Positions 7,249 through 15,641 of a stretch of DNA of 51,809 nt are shown here, piece after piece. Origin of the DNA: a virus; the IMG/VR virus record IMGVR_UViG_3300044445_000085, positions 1-51,809 of that record; one strand, given 5' to 3'. The position numbers and the translations under genes are program-made. Below the pieces are notes generated by a model. It was not told where the DNA came from, made no database searches, and saw nothing but the letters and a program-made list of their open reading frames with translations. Numbering within the stretch: the first letter of the stretch is position 1; every line of letters begins with the position of its first letter.

Positions 7249-8183
7249 AGCGAGCGGGTCCACAGGGCCGTCCACGTCATCGGCCCGGGCTTGCCGTCGG
7301 GGCTCAGCCCCTTCTCCTGCTGGAACGCCCGCAGGGTGCGCTCGGTGACCGGGCCCGGGATGCCGTCCACGGCCAGCTTCCACCCGCGGTCGCGGAGCTT
7401 CTGCTGGTAGGGCCGGATCCCGGTGCCGGGGTAGCTCGGCACCTTCCGGAGCATCGCCCGCGTCTGGTCGCCGCACTTCCCGTCGGCGGTGATCCCCGCC
7501 GCCCGCTGGAACAGCGTGAAGCCGTCGACCGACGCCTGCCCGCAGTACCCGTCGGCGCCGGTCGCGCCCATTCCGAACCCGGTGTCGATCATGTTCGCCT
7601 GGTCCTGGCGGACCTGCTCGCCGCGGGTGCCGAGCTCGGACACCTGGCCCATGGCGATCTCGCGCCACGTGCCGACGCTGGGCGTGGTGACGACCGGCGG
7701 GGCGATGACGTGCCCGTCGCCCTTGATCGGGGAGGGGTCGCCGAGCACGCGGATCCACAGGGCCACGGTCTCCTCGAGGGAGCGGGACGCGGCCTCGGGG
7801 GTCAGCTCGAGGTGGATGTGGTCGAAGTGCGCGGCGACGCCGTTGTAGACCGTCCAGCCGTCGTTGCACCGGTTGGACCACCACTGCCGCCGGCGGTGGA
7901 TGATCCCCTGGATGCCCAGCTCCTCGGAGTGGATCCGGAGCAGCTCGACCAGGTTCCACGACCAGTCGTTCGTGACCGGCGTGCCGAAGTCGTCCGCGCG
8001 GCCGACGCCGTGGATCGACGTGCTCGAGCCGCCGCGCACCGCGCGGCAGTTGAAGATCCCGAGGTTCTTCCCGCCCTCCTCCTTGTAGGCCCCGGTGAAC
8101 CAGGCCATGGCGCCGCGCGCGCCGGGGGTGGGCCCGCTCGAGCACTTGGTGGCGCCGTAGTAGGTGCCGCACCGCATGGGCAT
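7245..8183 (-). CDS. Endolysin: LAS/M15-type peptidase domain plus two PG_binding_1-like repeats
   Basis: SIHGVGRADD fits SxHxxGxAxD, and a downstream HFDHIH supplies the other zinc ligands. The C-terminus has ADGKCGDQTRAMLRKV and VDGIPGPVTERTLRAFQQEKGLSPDGKPGPMTWTALW peptidoglycan-binding repeats. Confidence 0.85.
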   Translation of the reverse strand: MPMRCGTYYGATKCSSGPTPGARGAMAWFTGAYKEEGGKNLGIFNCRAVRGGSSTSIHGVGRADDFGTPVTNDWSWNLVELLRIHSEELGIQGIIHRRRQWWSNRCNDGWTVYNGVAAHFDHIHLELTPEAASRSLEETVALWIRVLGDPSPIKGDGHVIAPPVVTTPSVGTWREIAMGQVSELGTRGEQVRQDQANMIDTGFGMGATGADGYCGQASVDGFTLFQRAAGITADGKCGDQTRAMLRKVPSYPGTGIRPYQQKLRDRGWKLAVDGIPGPVTERTLRAFQQEKGLSPDGKPGPMTWTALWTRSL

Positions 8184-8186
8184 GGG

Positions 8187-8402
8187 TCAGGCCTCCGGGG
8201 TGACGGTGGAGTCGCCGGCGCCGTCGGTCACCGGGGTGACGACGACGGTGGGGCGGGTGGCGTTCGCGGCGGGCTCGACGTAGGACGGGTCGCCGGGCTG
8301 GACCTCGGCCGGCGTCGGGTCGGGCTCGGTGCGGTCGTACTCGGGCGAGGCGGCGACGTCGCGGGGGGTGGGGGCGTCGGGGACGGCGGTGGGGTCGGAC
8401 AC
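8187..8402 (-). CDS. Hypothetical protein (Pro/Thr/Asp-rich)
   Basis: The GTG start follows AGGAGGAAC. The product is 71 aa with no recognisable domain. Confidence 0.45.
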   Translation of the reverse strand: MSDPTAVPDAPTPRDVAASPEYDRTEPDPTPAEVQPGDPSYVEPAANATRPTVVVTPVTDGAGDSTVTPEA

Positions 8403-8438
8403 GGGTTCCTCCTGGCGTGGCGGTTGGCGGGGCAGACG

Positions 8439-9560
8439 CTACGCGGCAGCGGCGATGTAGGTGCCCTCGATCAGCACGTTGGCCCCGTTCTTGATCGGGT
8501 AGTCGCCGCCGATGAGGTTCATCTGGGGCCGGGCGGTGTTGATGTCCGCGCTTCCGGCGGCGAGGTTCTGGATCGGCTCCTTGCGGGTGTCGTTGTAGGC
8601 CTTGTCGAAGTAGGGGATGGTGCCAGCGGTACCCACCGCGGAGAACCCGGAGAAGTTGCCGGCCCCGGGGGTGAACAGCTTGCACACCACCGCCTGCTCG
8701 AAGGCGGCCGCGGCGACCGGCAGGCTGAACGTCATCGGCCCCGAGGCGCCGTTGGTGGTGCTGCCGGCGCTGAGGAAGATCCGGAAGAACACGAGCAGCC
8801 CGGCCAGGCGGACGAAGTCGCCGGCCAGGGACCCGTTGCCCACCGTCGGGGTGCCCCCGGAGGCCGTCCAGGTGACGGAGTAGGGGGTGGTGGAGCCGGG
8901 CGCTCCGATGGTCACCCACTTGTTCGAGGCGTCCCACCGCTGCAGGCCGAGGGTGGGGTGGTCGCGGTAGGCGCCCAGGTAGGGGCCGGGCTCGACGTCG
9001 TCGGAGTAGACCGGGGTGATGCCGCCGCGCCCAACCGTGCGCGGCACGGTGCCCAGAATCGTGATCACGCCGGTGTTGGAGACGGCGAACTCGGCGAACT
9101 GCAACGAGTTGGCCGGCAGGGCGGGCAGGGTGGCGGCGCCGGCGCTGGCCGCGTTCGGGCCGTAGACCACGAGCAGCTGGGGGCCGTCGGTGGCGTCGCC
9201 GGCGCCCTTGTCGAAGATCCGGAGCACCAGGCGCCCGCGGCGGAACTCGGTGGAGCTGGCGGCGGTGACCGCCCGGTCCTCGACGGCGTCGCTCACCACC
9301 TCGTAGGGGCCCTGGGTGGTGGTGATGGTGCCCTGGACGACGGCCTGGAACGGCTGGACGCGGAGACCGCCGGAGATCACGGACACCTGGCCGGGGTTGC
9401 CTGGGCCGGGCAGCACGCCGTTCCGGACGGCCAGCGCGGGCGCTCCGGCGAGCCCGGAGGGCACCCACAGGCCGGCGTGGTTGAGCCGGTGGTCCTCGGC
9501 GGGCAGCTGGTAGCGCGCGTCGCTGGTGCCCTGGAGGTAGGAGATCTTGCGAATGGTCAT
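8439..9560 (-). CDS. Minor tail protein (possible receptor-binding/fibre protein)
   Basis: The start is ATG at 9558-9560. The 373-aa product is Gly/Thr/Ala-rich with beta-type composition. It lies directly downstream of the Dit-like gene. Confidence 0.5.
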   Translation of the reverse strand: MTIRKISYLQGTSDARYQLPAEDHRLNHAGLWVPSGLAGAPALAVRNGVLPGPGNPGQVSVISGGLRVQPFQAVVQGTITTTQGPYEVVSDAVEDRAVTAASSTEFRRGRLVLRIFDKGAGDATDGPQLLVVYGPNAASAGAATLPALPANSLQFAEFAVSNTGVITILGTVPRTVGRGGITPVYSDDVEPGPYLGAYRDHPTLGLQRWDASNKWVTIGAPGSTTPYSVTWTASGGTPTVGNGSLAGDFVRLAGLLVFFRIFLSAGSTTNGASGPMTFSLPVAAAAFEQAVVCKLFTPGAGNFSGFSAVGTAGTIPYFDKAYNDTRKEPIQNLAAGSADINTARPQMNLIGGDYPIKNGANVLIEGTYIAAAA

Positions 9561-9570
9561 GGGTCGGGGC

Positions 9571-10476
9571 TCACTTCCACGCGGGGCGGTGCTTGACGAT
9601 GACGTAGGCCGCGGCGTTGTAGGCCGCCGCGGTGAACCGGAGGTCGTTGGACCCGGGCCGCAGCCGGAAGAAGGTCGACCCGGGCTCCTTGAGGGCGTAC
9701 TGGCTGGCCCCTCCCACCATGATCATGCGGGCTCCGAAGTCGACCACGGCGGTCTCGCCGGCGACCAGGGCGCGGGTGAGGCCGAACCACTCCCCGGTGG
9801 TGGCGTTGGTCAGCCGCGGGGCGGGGCACGGGCCGTAGAACTCAACGACGGGGGCGACGGAGACGCGGCCCAGGTTGTAGACGGTGAGCTGGCCGCCCTG
9901 GTCGGCGGCGCCGCCGCCGTGGTCGAGGGGGTGCTCGAGGGGGTGGATGAACCCGGGGGTGGTGCCGACGTCGCGGAGTCGGAGGGTGCTGGTCACCAGG
10001 CCGGCGGCTCCGGCGGCGTACTTGAGCGGGTCGCCGGCGGTGAGCACGAACGAGAAGGTCCGGATCCGGGGGTTGCGGTAGTGCACGTCGATGATCGGGG
10101 CGCCGGAGCAGCGGACCGCCATCTGCTTGGCCGGGCTCTCGGTGACGCTCACGAAGGTGTCGCGGTGGAGCACCTCGACGGCGTCCTGCAGGGCGAGCTC
10201 GGCGGCGTCGAGGAGAGCCGCGGAGCAGGCCCGGAAGGCGCCGTTGAACTCGAGCACGCGGGCCTGCCGGCGGCCGCGGCCGAGCCAGGCGCCGTCGCCG
10301 GGGTTCGGGTCCTGGGGCAGGTCGACGGGGGCGCCGCCGCGCCACCCGCGGGGCTCGGCGACGATCCACTCGACGCCGGTTGCGTCGATGCCGCCGAAGC
10401 GGAGGTCGGGGGCGTCGGGGTCGCCGAGCGCCCAGATTCGGGTGGTGCGCGGGGTGAAGCCGGTGGGGGCGGTCAT
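9571..10476 (-). CDS. Distal tail protein (Dit / siphovirus tail-component family)
   Basis: The ATG overlaps the tape measure stop (ATGA). The product is 301 aa. Its position directly after the tape measure gene and its RVLEFNGAF...FSFVLTAGDPLKY pattern are typical of Dit proteins. Confidence 0.6.
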   Translation of the reverse strand: MTAPTGFTPRTTRIWALGDPDAPDLRFGGIDATGVEWIVAEPRGWRGGAPVDLPQDPNPGDGAWLGRGRRQARVLEFNGAFRACSAALLDAAELALQDAVEVLHRDTFVSVTESPAKQMAVRCSGAPIIDVHYRNPRIRTFSFVLTAGDPLKYAAGAAGLVTSTLRLRDVGTTPGFIHPLEHPLDHGGGAADQGGQLTVYNLGRVSVAPVVEFYGPCPAPRLTNATTGEWFGLTRALVAGETAVVDFGARMIMVGGASQYALKEPGSTFFRLRPGSNDLRFTAAAYNAAAYVIVKHRPAWK

Positions 10477-13178
10477 GCGGTGGCTCCGGCGTAGGGGCTG
10501 GTGATGCCGTTGCGGAGGTCGCGGACGACGCGCTGGCCGACGACGGCGCCGACCTCCTGGGCGGTCTGGGTGTCCTGGACGGTGTAGTACTGCCGGGCGT
10601 CGATCGTCATGCCGCTCCCTCCACCGGTGAGCCCGGCGTCGTCCATGAGCTGGTTCCGGCGGTTCCGGCGTCGCTGGGACAGGGGCACGACGACCTCGGG
10701 CCCGTCCTCGCCGATGACGGCCAGGGTGGGGCGGTTGACGATCGCGCCGTCGGCGAGCTGGGGGATCCGCGGGATGTCTGGGGGGTTGATCGTGATCCCG
10801 GCGATGGTGAACTCGAGCAGGTCGTTGACCCGGTCGATCACGTTGGAGTTGATGAACCGGATGACGGAGTTGACGATGTTCTTGCCGACGTTGCCGACGA
10901 ACCCGGCCGCGTTGGCGATGCCGTTCACCAGGCCTTGCATGAGGTCTCGGCCGGCGCCGAGCAGCAGCGAGCCCAGGGAGCCTAGGGCCGAGAGGATCCG
11001 GCCCGGCAGGCTGGACACGAACCCGACCACGGTGTTGAAGCCGTTGACCACCGCGTTGTAGGCCCCGGACACCGCGCCGGTGATGAACCCGACGACGGCG
11101 TTCCACGCGGCGGCGGTGGCGTTCTTGATCGTCTCCCAGTTGGCGACGATCACCGCGATGACGGCGACGACGGCGGCGATCACCAGCGCGATCGGGCCCA
11201 TGGCGATCAGCCACGCGGCCGCCACCTTGGCCGCGCCGAGGAGGGACTGGGCGCCCATGACGATCCACCCGCCGACGACGCCGGCGACGGTGGCGGCCAT
11301 GCTGGCCAGCATCACGGCGCCCTGGACGGCGAACCCGGCGGCCATGGCGACCAGCGACGCGACGGTGCGGATCTGGGCGCCGACCCACGCCGCGGCGGTG
11401 GCGGCGGCGGAGGCGACGGCGCCGGCGGCCATGGCGACGTACTGGGCGCCGATCACCGCGGCGGAGATCACGGCCTGGGCGGCGAGGGCGATCCACCGGG
11501 CGATCATCTGCACGACGGCGAGGGAGTGCGCGGCCGCGCCGGCGATCGCCTGGGCCTTCTGCACGGTCCACGCGGCGACGGCCTGCACCTTGGTGGTGAC
11601 GTAGGCCGCGGCCAGCGCGATCAGGTGCGGCAGGAAGATCGCGGCGATGACGCCGACGACGACGCCGATCGCCGTGGCGTTGTCGCGGATCCATGTGCCG
11701 GCGTCGATCAGGGCGGGCACCAGGGTGCCGGCGATGAACCCGCCGACCAGCTGGAGGGTCGGGCCGAACTGTGTGGCCAGGGTGCTGGCCAGGTTGGAGA
11801 CGAACGGCAACACCCGGTTGCCGATGAGGTCGACGAACGTCTGGGAGAGCTGCCGCTTGAAGGACTCGATGTTGCTGGCGGCGTTGTCGTTCAGGGTGGT
11901 GCCCAGCGCGGCCGCGGCGCCGTCGATCTGGCCGAGGGAGCGCGTGGCCTCGGAGGGGTCGAGGGACAGGATCGCGTCGCCGAGGTCTTCGTACTGCGTG
12001 CCGATCAGCGCGGTGGCGGCCGCCGATCGGGCGGCCGGGTCCTCGGTGTTCCGGAGGGCGTCGAACACCTTGTCCATGGCCGCGGCCGCGGCTGGTCCGC
12101 CGGCCTGGAAGTCGGCGAAGATCTGGGCGGAGTCGAGGCCGAGGTTGTTGAGCGCGCTGGCGGCGTCCTCGCCTCCCTCGCGCATGATGATGCCCATCTC
12201 GCGCACGGCGTCGGCGGCGAAGTCGGCGTTCGGGATGCCCGCGGCGAGGGCCTGGTTGATGAGGCCGATCGCGGAGCCGCCGTCGAGGCCGACCTCCTGG
12301 AAGGTCGTGCCGTACTCGCCGATGACGTCGAGGAAGTCGCCGCCGCGGTCGGCGCCCTGCTGGAACCCGCGGGTGATGAGGTCGAGGGCCTCGCCGGCGT
12401 CCTTGGCCATGCCGGTCTGGATCAGCCGGCCGACGGCCTGGGAGGTCTCGCCGACGTCCTTGTCGAAGGCGGTGGAGAGGTCGAGCACGGAGGCGGTGAC
12501 CGACTGGAGCTGCTCGTTCGTGGCGTCCTCGAACACGGCGCCGGACTGGATGACGGTCCGGAGGGCGTCGGACACCTCGCCGAGGTTCTCGCCGTAGTTG
12601 CTCACGTAGAGCTGGCCGGCGATCTTCCCCAGGTCGGCCGCGTAGGCCCCGGAGGCGCCGAGCTGGGCGTTGAGCTTGTCGAGGGCGACCTCGGTGTCTA
12701 TGGAGCCGGCGATCGAGGTGCCGATGATCGCGCCGACAGCTGTGGCGGCGCCGGCGATCGCCAGCTTGGCCTTGGTCCCGAAGCCCTCGCCGGCGGCGTC
12801 GCCGGCCTTCTCCCCGGCCTTCTTGGCGTTGTCGACGATCGGCTCGAGGGCCTGGTCGGTGCGGTTGGCTCCGTCTCGGAGGGCGTCGGTGATGCCGGCG
12901 GCCGCGTCCTGGGCGCCGGCGACGACGCGGCCGCCGGCGTCGGTCATGGCGTCGCCGAGCTGGCCGAGGGAGCGGGCGGCGTCCTGGCCCTGCTCCTCGA
13001 AGGCCTCGCCGATCAGGCGGGCCGCGGTGCTGCTCTCGTCGCCGACGTCGTCGAAGGTGTCCGCGGCCGCGTCGGCGATGGTGGCCAGCGCCGCCCCGAA
13101 CCGGCGCTCGAGTTCGGGCCCGACCTTCTCGGCGTTGGCCTCGACCTCGACGTAGGCCTTGCCGACGGACGACGCCAC
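10473..13178 (-). CDS. Tape measure protein
   Basis: GTG at 13176-13178 follows GAGGAGCACC. At 901 aa it is the largest tail ORF and lies between the chaperone pair and Dit. It is Ala/Gly-rich with a long hydrophobic central segment (...AIGVVVGVIAAIFLPHLIALAAAYV...). Confidence 0.9.
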   Translation of the reverse strand: MASSVGKAYVEVEANAEKVGPELERRFGAALATIADAAADTFDDVGDESSTAARLIGEAFEEQGQDAARSLGQLGDAMTDAGGRVVAGAQDAAAGITDALRDGANRTDQALEPIVDNAKKAGEKAGDAAGEGFGTKAKLAIAGAATAVGAIIGTSIAGSIDTEVALDKLNAQLGASGAYAADLGKIAGQLYVSNYGENLGEVSDALRTVIQSGAVFEDATNEQLQSVTASVLDLSTAFDKDVGETSQAVGRLIQTGMAKDAGEALDLITRGFQQGADRGGDFLDVIGEYGTTFQEVGLDGGSAIGLINQALAAGIPNADFAADAVREMGIIMREGGEDAASALNNLGLDSAQIFADFQAGGPAAAAAMDKVFDALRNTEDPAARSAAATALIGTQYEDLGDAILSLDPSEATRSLGQIDGAAAALGTTLNDNAASNIESFKRQLSQTFVDLIGNRVLPFVSNLASTLATQFGPTLQLVGGFIAGTLVPALIDAGTWIRDNATAIGVVVGVIAAIFLPHLIALAAAYVTTKVQAVAAWTVQKAQAIAGAAAHSLAVVQMIARWIALAAQAVISAAVIGAQYVAMAAGAVASAAATAAAWVGAQIRTVASLVAMAAGFAVQGAVMLASMAATVAGVVGGWIVMGAQSLLGAAKVAAAWLIAMGPIALVIAAVVAVIAVIVANWETIKNATAAAWNAVVGFITGAVSGAYNAVVNGFNTVVGFVSSLPGRILSALGSLGSLLLGAGRDLMQGLVNGIANAAGFVGNVGKNIVNSVIRFINSNVIDRVNDLLEFTIAGITINPPDIPRIPQLADGAIVNRPTLAVIGEDGPEVVVPLSQRRRNRRNQLMDDAGLTGGGSGMTIDARQYYTVQDTQTAQEVGAVVGQRVVRDLRNGITSPYAGATA

Positions 13179-13201
13179 GGTGCTCCTCGGGAGAGGGGGT
13201 G

Positions 13202-13239
13202 GCGCCCGGCCCGAAGCCAGCGGTCGCAGAGGCAGCGTA
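13202..13239 (-). promoter_or_regulatory. Late-type promoter/leader motif, copy upstream of the tape measure gene
   Basis: The minus strand has TACGCT (a -10-like TAnnnT) then GCGACCGCTGGCTTCGGGCCGGGCGC. The core matches the copies at 17095, 21810 and 30327. Confidence 0.5.
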
Positions 13240-13243
13240 GCCG

Positions 13244-13855
13244 TCAGCCGCCGCCGAACGCTCCGAGCTGGCCGGCGACGGCGAGGAAGCTCTCGGCCTC
13301 GTGCTCGAGGGCGTCGGGGTCCTCGGCGTCGTAGGCGGTCAGCGGGGGCGCCTCGAGCCAGCGGAGGAACTCCTCCCGGTCCTCCTTGGTGGCGTTCTCG
13401 ATGCGCCAGGCGTAGACGGCGGCGAGGAACCGGTCGAGGGGGAGGGCGAGGAGGTCGACGCCGCGGCGTGCGGTGCCGCCGTCGAGCATGGCCCAGTTGG
13501 CGGCGGCGACGGCGACCAGCCGGTCGGCTTCCCACCAGCGCCACCCGCCGGAGGCCTGGGAGAGCACGGCGAGGCCGACGTCGATGCACCGCTGGTGGGT
13601 CAGGGTGTCCTCGTCGTCGTCGATCGCGTCGAGCAGGGCGTCCTCGTCGTCGTCCGGGAGCAGCCCGGGGAACACGGCGAGGGGGTCGTCGTCGAGGTGG
13701 GCGACGACCCACGCTCGAGCTGGCAGGGCCGGGATCGTGTACTCCTCCCCGTCGAGGAGAACGGACACGACCCCGGCCCGCTCGAGCTGGTCGCGCCAGT
13801 CGGTGAGACGGCGCGGGCTGGTCACCGCCGACCGCGGCGGCCCTCGGGCTTCCAC
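13244..13855 (-). CDS. Tail assembly chaperone, -1-frame extension (T-like part of a G-T product)
   Basis: It is open in the -1 frame relative to 13822..14187, overlaps the end of that gene and has no RBS of its own. The motifs LLDGEEYTIPALPARAWV...RWWEADRLV...FLRWLEAPP fit actinophage chaperone T regions as I recall them. I found no canonical slippery heptamer. Confidence 0.5.
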   Translation of the reverse strand: MEARGPPRSAVTSPRRLTDWRDQLERAGVVSVLLDGEEYTIPALPARAWVVAHLDDDPLAVFPGLLPDDDEDALLDAIDDDEDTLTHQRCIDVGLAVLSQASGGWRWWEADRLVAVAAANWAMLDGGTARRGVDLLALPLDRFLAAVYAWRIENATKEDREEFLRWLEAPPLTAYDAEDPDALEHEAESFLAVAGQLGAFGGG

Positions 13856-14187
13856 TGCTCGGCGATCGCCTCGAGGATCTCGAGGGCGTGGTCGACGTCG
13901 AAGTCGTCGTTCTCGTCCTCGAGGCGGGCGATCAGCGCGGAGCGGCCGGGCTCGAGGAGGGCGTCGGCGAGGAAGTCGATCGCCAGCTGGACCTTGAGCA
14001 GCGGGTTGGTGCGGCGTTGGGTGGCCACGCCTAGGCGCGCCATGAGCGCGTCCTTGGGCTTGCGCACCAGGTACTCCCGGCCGTCGACCTCGATCGCGAT
14101 CGTGCGTTCGATCGCCGGGGCGTTCGGGTTCTCCGGCGCGCGCTCCTTGGGGGTGGTGGTGAAGCTCAGGGCGGCCGAGTCAGCCAT
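13822..14187 (-). CDS. Tail assembly chaperone (G-like)
   Basis: The ATG follows AAGGAGACCCCC. The 121-aa product has an acidic C-terminus (LEDENDDFDVDHALEILEAIAEQW). It lies immediately upstream of the tape measure region, with an overlapping -1-frame ORF. Confidence 0.55.
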   Translation of the reverse strand: MADSAALSFTTTPKERAPENPNAPAIERTIAIEVDGREYLVRKPKDALMARLGVATQRRTNPLLKVQLAIDFLADALLEPGRSALIARLEDENDDFDVDHALEILEAIAEQWKPEGRRGRR

Positions 14188-14239
14188 GGGGGTCTCCTTG
14201 GGTCCACGAGTCGGGCACCCCGGAGCCTACGACCAGCGC

Positions 14240-14668
14240 CTACCGGACCACGTCCTCCATGGCCCGGCGCAGGAACGGCCGGCCGCGGGTGCCCTTCGTG
14301 CGGCGGGTGTAGGTGCCCACGGTGGCGTTGCCCACCCGGTAGGCCTTCCGGCCAGCCGAGCCGCGCACCGAGTGCCCGCGGCGCTGGTGCCCGCGGACGG
14401 TGACCGTGCCCGCCTGCTGGCCGTCGTGCACGGCCAGCGCGTACTCCACCGGGCTGCCCACCTGCCCGACGACGCGGAGGCCCTGGACGTCGATCGCCGA
14501 GGTGATCGATGCGCGGAGGTTGCCGGTGTCGACGGGGGCGTAGAGCTTGGCCCGGTTCTCGATCTGCCGGGTCGTCCGGATCACGTACTGGGTGACCATG
14601 CCCGCCGGGCCGGTCAGGGCGGTCTGCAGCTTCTGCTGGGACAGCTCGATCCGTGCGACGGCGGGCAC
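14240..14668 (-). CDS. HK97 gp10-family tail/neck component
   Basis: The 142-aa product has AKLYAPVDTGNLRASI and YALAVHDG, a pattern characteristic of the HK97 gp10 family. Confidence 0.65.
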   Translation of the reverse strand: MPAVARIELSQQKLQTALTGPAGMVTQYVIRTTRQIENRAKLYAPVDTGNLRASITSAIDVQGLRVVGQVGSPVEYALAVHDGQQAGTVTVRGHQRRGHSVRGSAGRKAYRVGNATVGTYTRRTKGTRGRPFLRRAMEDVVR

Positions 14669-14685
14669 TGGTCAGCTCCGGTCGG

Positions 14686-15075
14686 TCAGCTGGTCGTCCG
14701 GGCGGTGCCCGGCGCGGTGGTGGTGGCCGGCGCCGGCGCCGGGGTGGAGGCGGCCCCGGGCACGGCGCCGCCGGCGGCGGTGCCCTCCGGGTCGAGCCCG
14801 GCGACGGCCGGGGCCGGCGGGTTCTCGGCCAGCCGGGCGCGCTTCTCGGCCGCGGTGCCCGACGTCGACAGCTGCCGATCGCGGAGCGCCTGGTCGAGGG
14901 CCTCGCCCTTGAGCTCGGGCATCTCGCCGGTGGGCTGGTCGTCGGCGGGCACGGGGGTGAGTCGGCCGTCGTCGATCGCGGCCTGGGTGAGGGGCGTCAG
15001 CTCGACGGTGACGATCTCGCCGACGGTGGCGCCCATCATCGTGGTCTCGACGCGGACACGGATGCTGCTGGTCAT
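14686..15075 (-). CDS. Structural-module protein with HeH/SAP-like motif
   Basis: The ATG follows GAGGAGCAACC. The 129-aa product has LKGEALDQALRDRQLSTSGTAAEKRARLAE followed by a Pro/Ala/Thr-rich tail. The motif is paralogous to the one in 18471..19031. Confidence 0.55.
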   Translation of the reverse strand: MTSSIRVRVETTMMGATVGEIVTVELTPLTQAAIDDGRLTPVPADDQPTGEMPELKGEALDQALRDRQLSTSGTAAEKRARLAENPPAPAVAGLDPEGTAAGGAVPGAASTPAPAPATTTAPGTARTTS

Positions 15076-15089
15076 GGTTGCTCCTCGGG

Positions 15090-15641
15090 TCAGGGGACGA
15101 ACACGCTGCACAGGGTTGCACCGCCGACGACGTCGCCCTCGGGGCCGATCGGTCCGTAGGACCCCAGGGATACGCCGGCGTCGTCGTTGTCGGCCGGGAA
15201 CCGGTCGAGGATGGTGTGCCGCACCAGGGCGGCGTCCACGGAGGCCTGGTCAGCCGCGGCGCGCTGCTCCTCGACGGTGGGCGGGTAGTAGTTCCCGCCG
15301 TCCTCGGTGCCCACCGGGGCGCACCGGGCGACGCCGACCTCAAGGGTGACGGAGTACGACATCTCGGAGCGGGACGCGCGCGCCAGGGGGGCGGGGAAGG
15401 TGTCCCAGTCCGTCGGGGACACGTCGACCAGCCGGACCCAGGCCATGCCCTCGCAGCCGTCGCCGCAGTCGAGGCCGTGGTCGAGGACTGGGAGCGCGCC
15501 GGGGAGCACCTCGAAGGTGCACGGGGGCACCAGCGTCTCGTCGTGCTCGCCTTGCTCGGCGTAGACGACCTCGAGCGCGGCCAGCACGCCGGTGAGGACG
15601 GGCCAGGCGACGGGGTCGGTGCACCGCGGTGGGGTCGTCAC
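15090..15641 (-). CDS. Head-tail connector component candidate
   Basis: The GTG start overlaps the upstream stop (GTGA). The product is 183 aa (…CEGMAWVRLVDVSP…LEVGVARCAP…). The call rests on position within the connector block only. Confidence 0.4.
   Translation of the reverse strand: MTTPPRCTDPVAWPVLTGVLAALEVVYAEQGEHDETLVPPCTFEVLPGALPVLDHGLDCGDGCEGMAWVRLVDVSPTDWDTFPAPLARASRSEMSYSVTLEVGVARCAPVGTEDGGNYYPPTVEEQRAAADQASVDAALVRHTILDRFPADNDDAGVSLGSYGPIGPEGDVVGGATLCSVFVP

Noticed and set aside
7051-9468. Long minus-strand run-on ORFs: 7051..9468 (805 aa), 9571..11694 (707 aa), 15090..16652, 15638..17107, 22071..22916, 47883..49145 and others
   Set aside because: Only the 3' ends carry protein-like sequence and codon bias. 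The upstream parts overlap better genes in another frame and read as Arg/Pro/Gly filler. I trimmed these to internal starts that overlap the preceding stop codon (ATGA/GTGA) or follow a GGAGG-type RBS.
8439-9560. A diversity-generating retroelement or other hypervariation system targeting the tail fibre-like genes
   Set aside because: I found no reverse transcriptase gene anywhere in the window. I also found no template/variable repeat pair matching the 3' ends of the tail genes.
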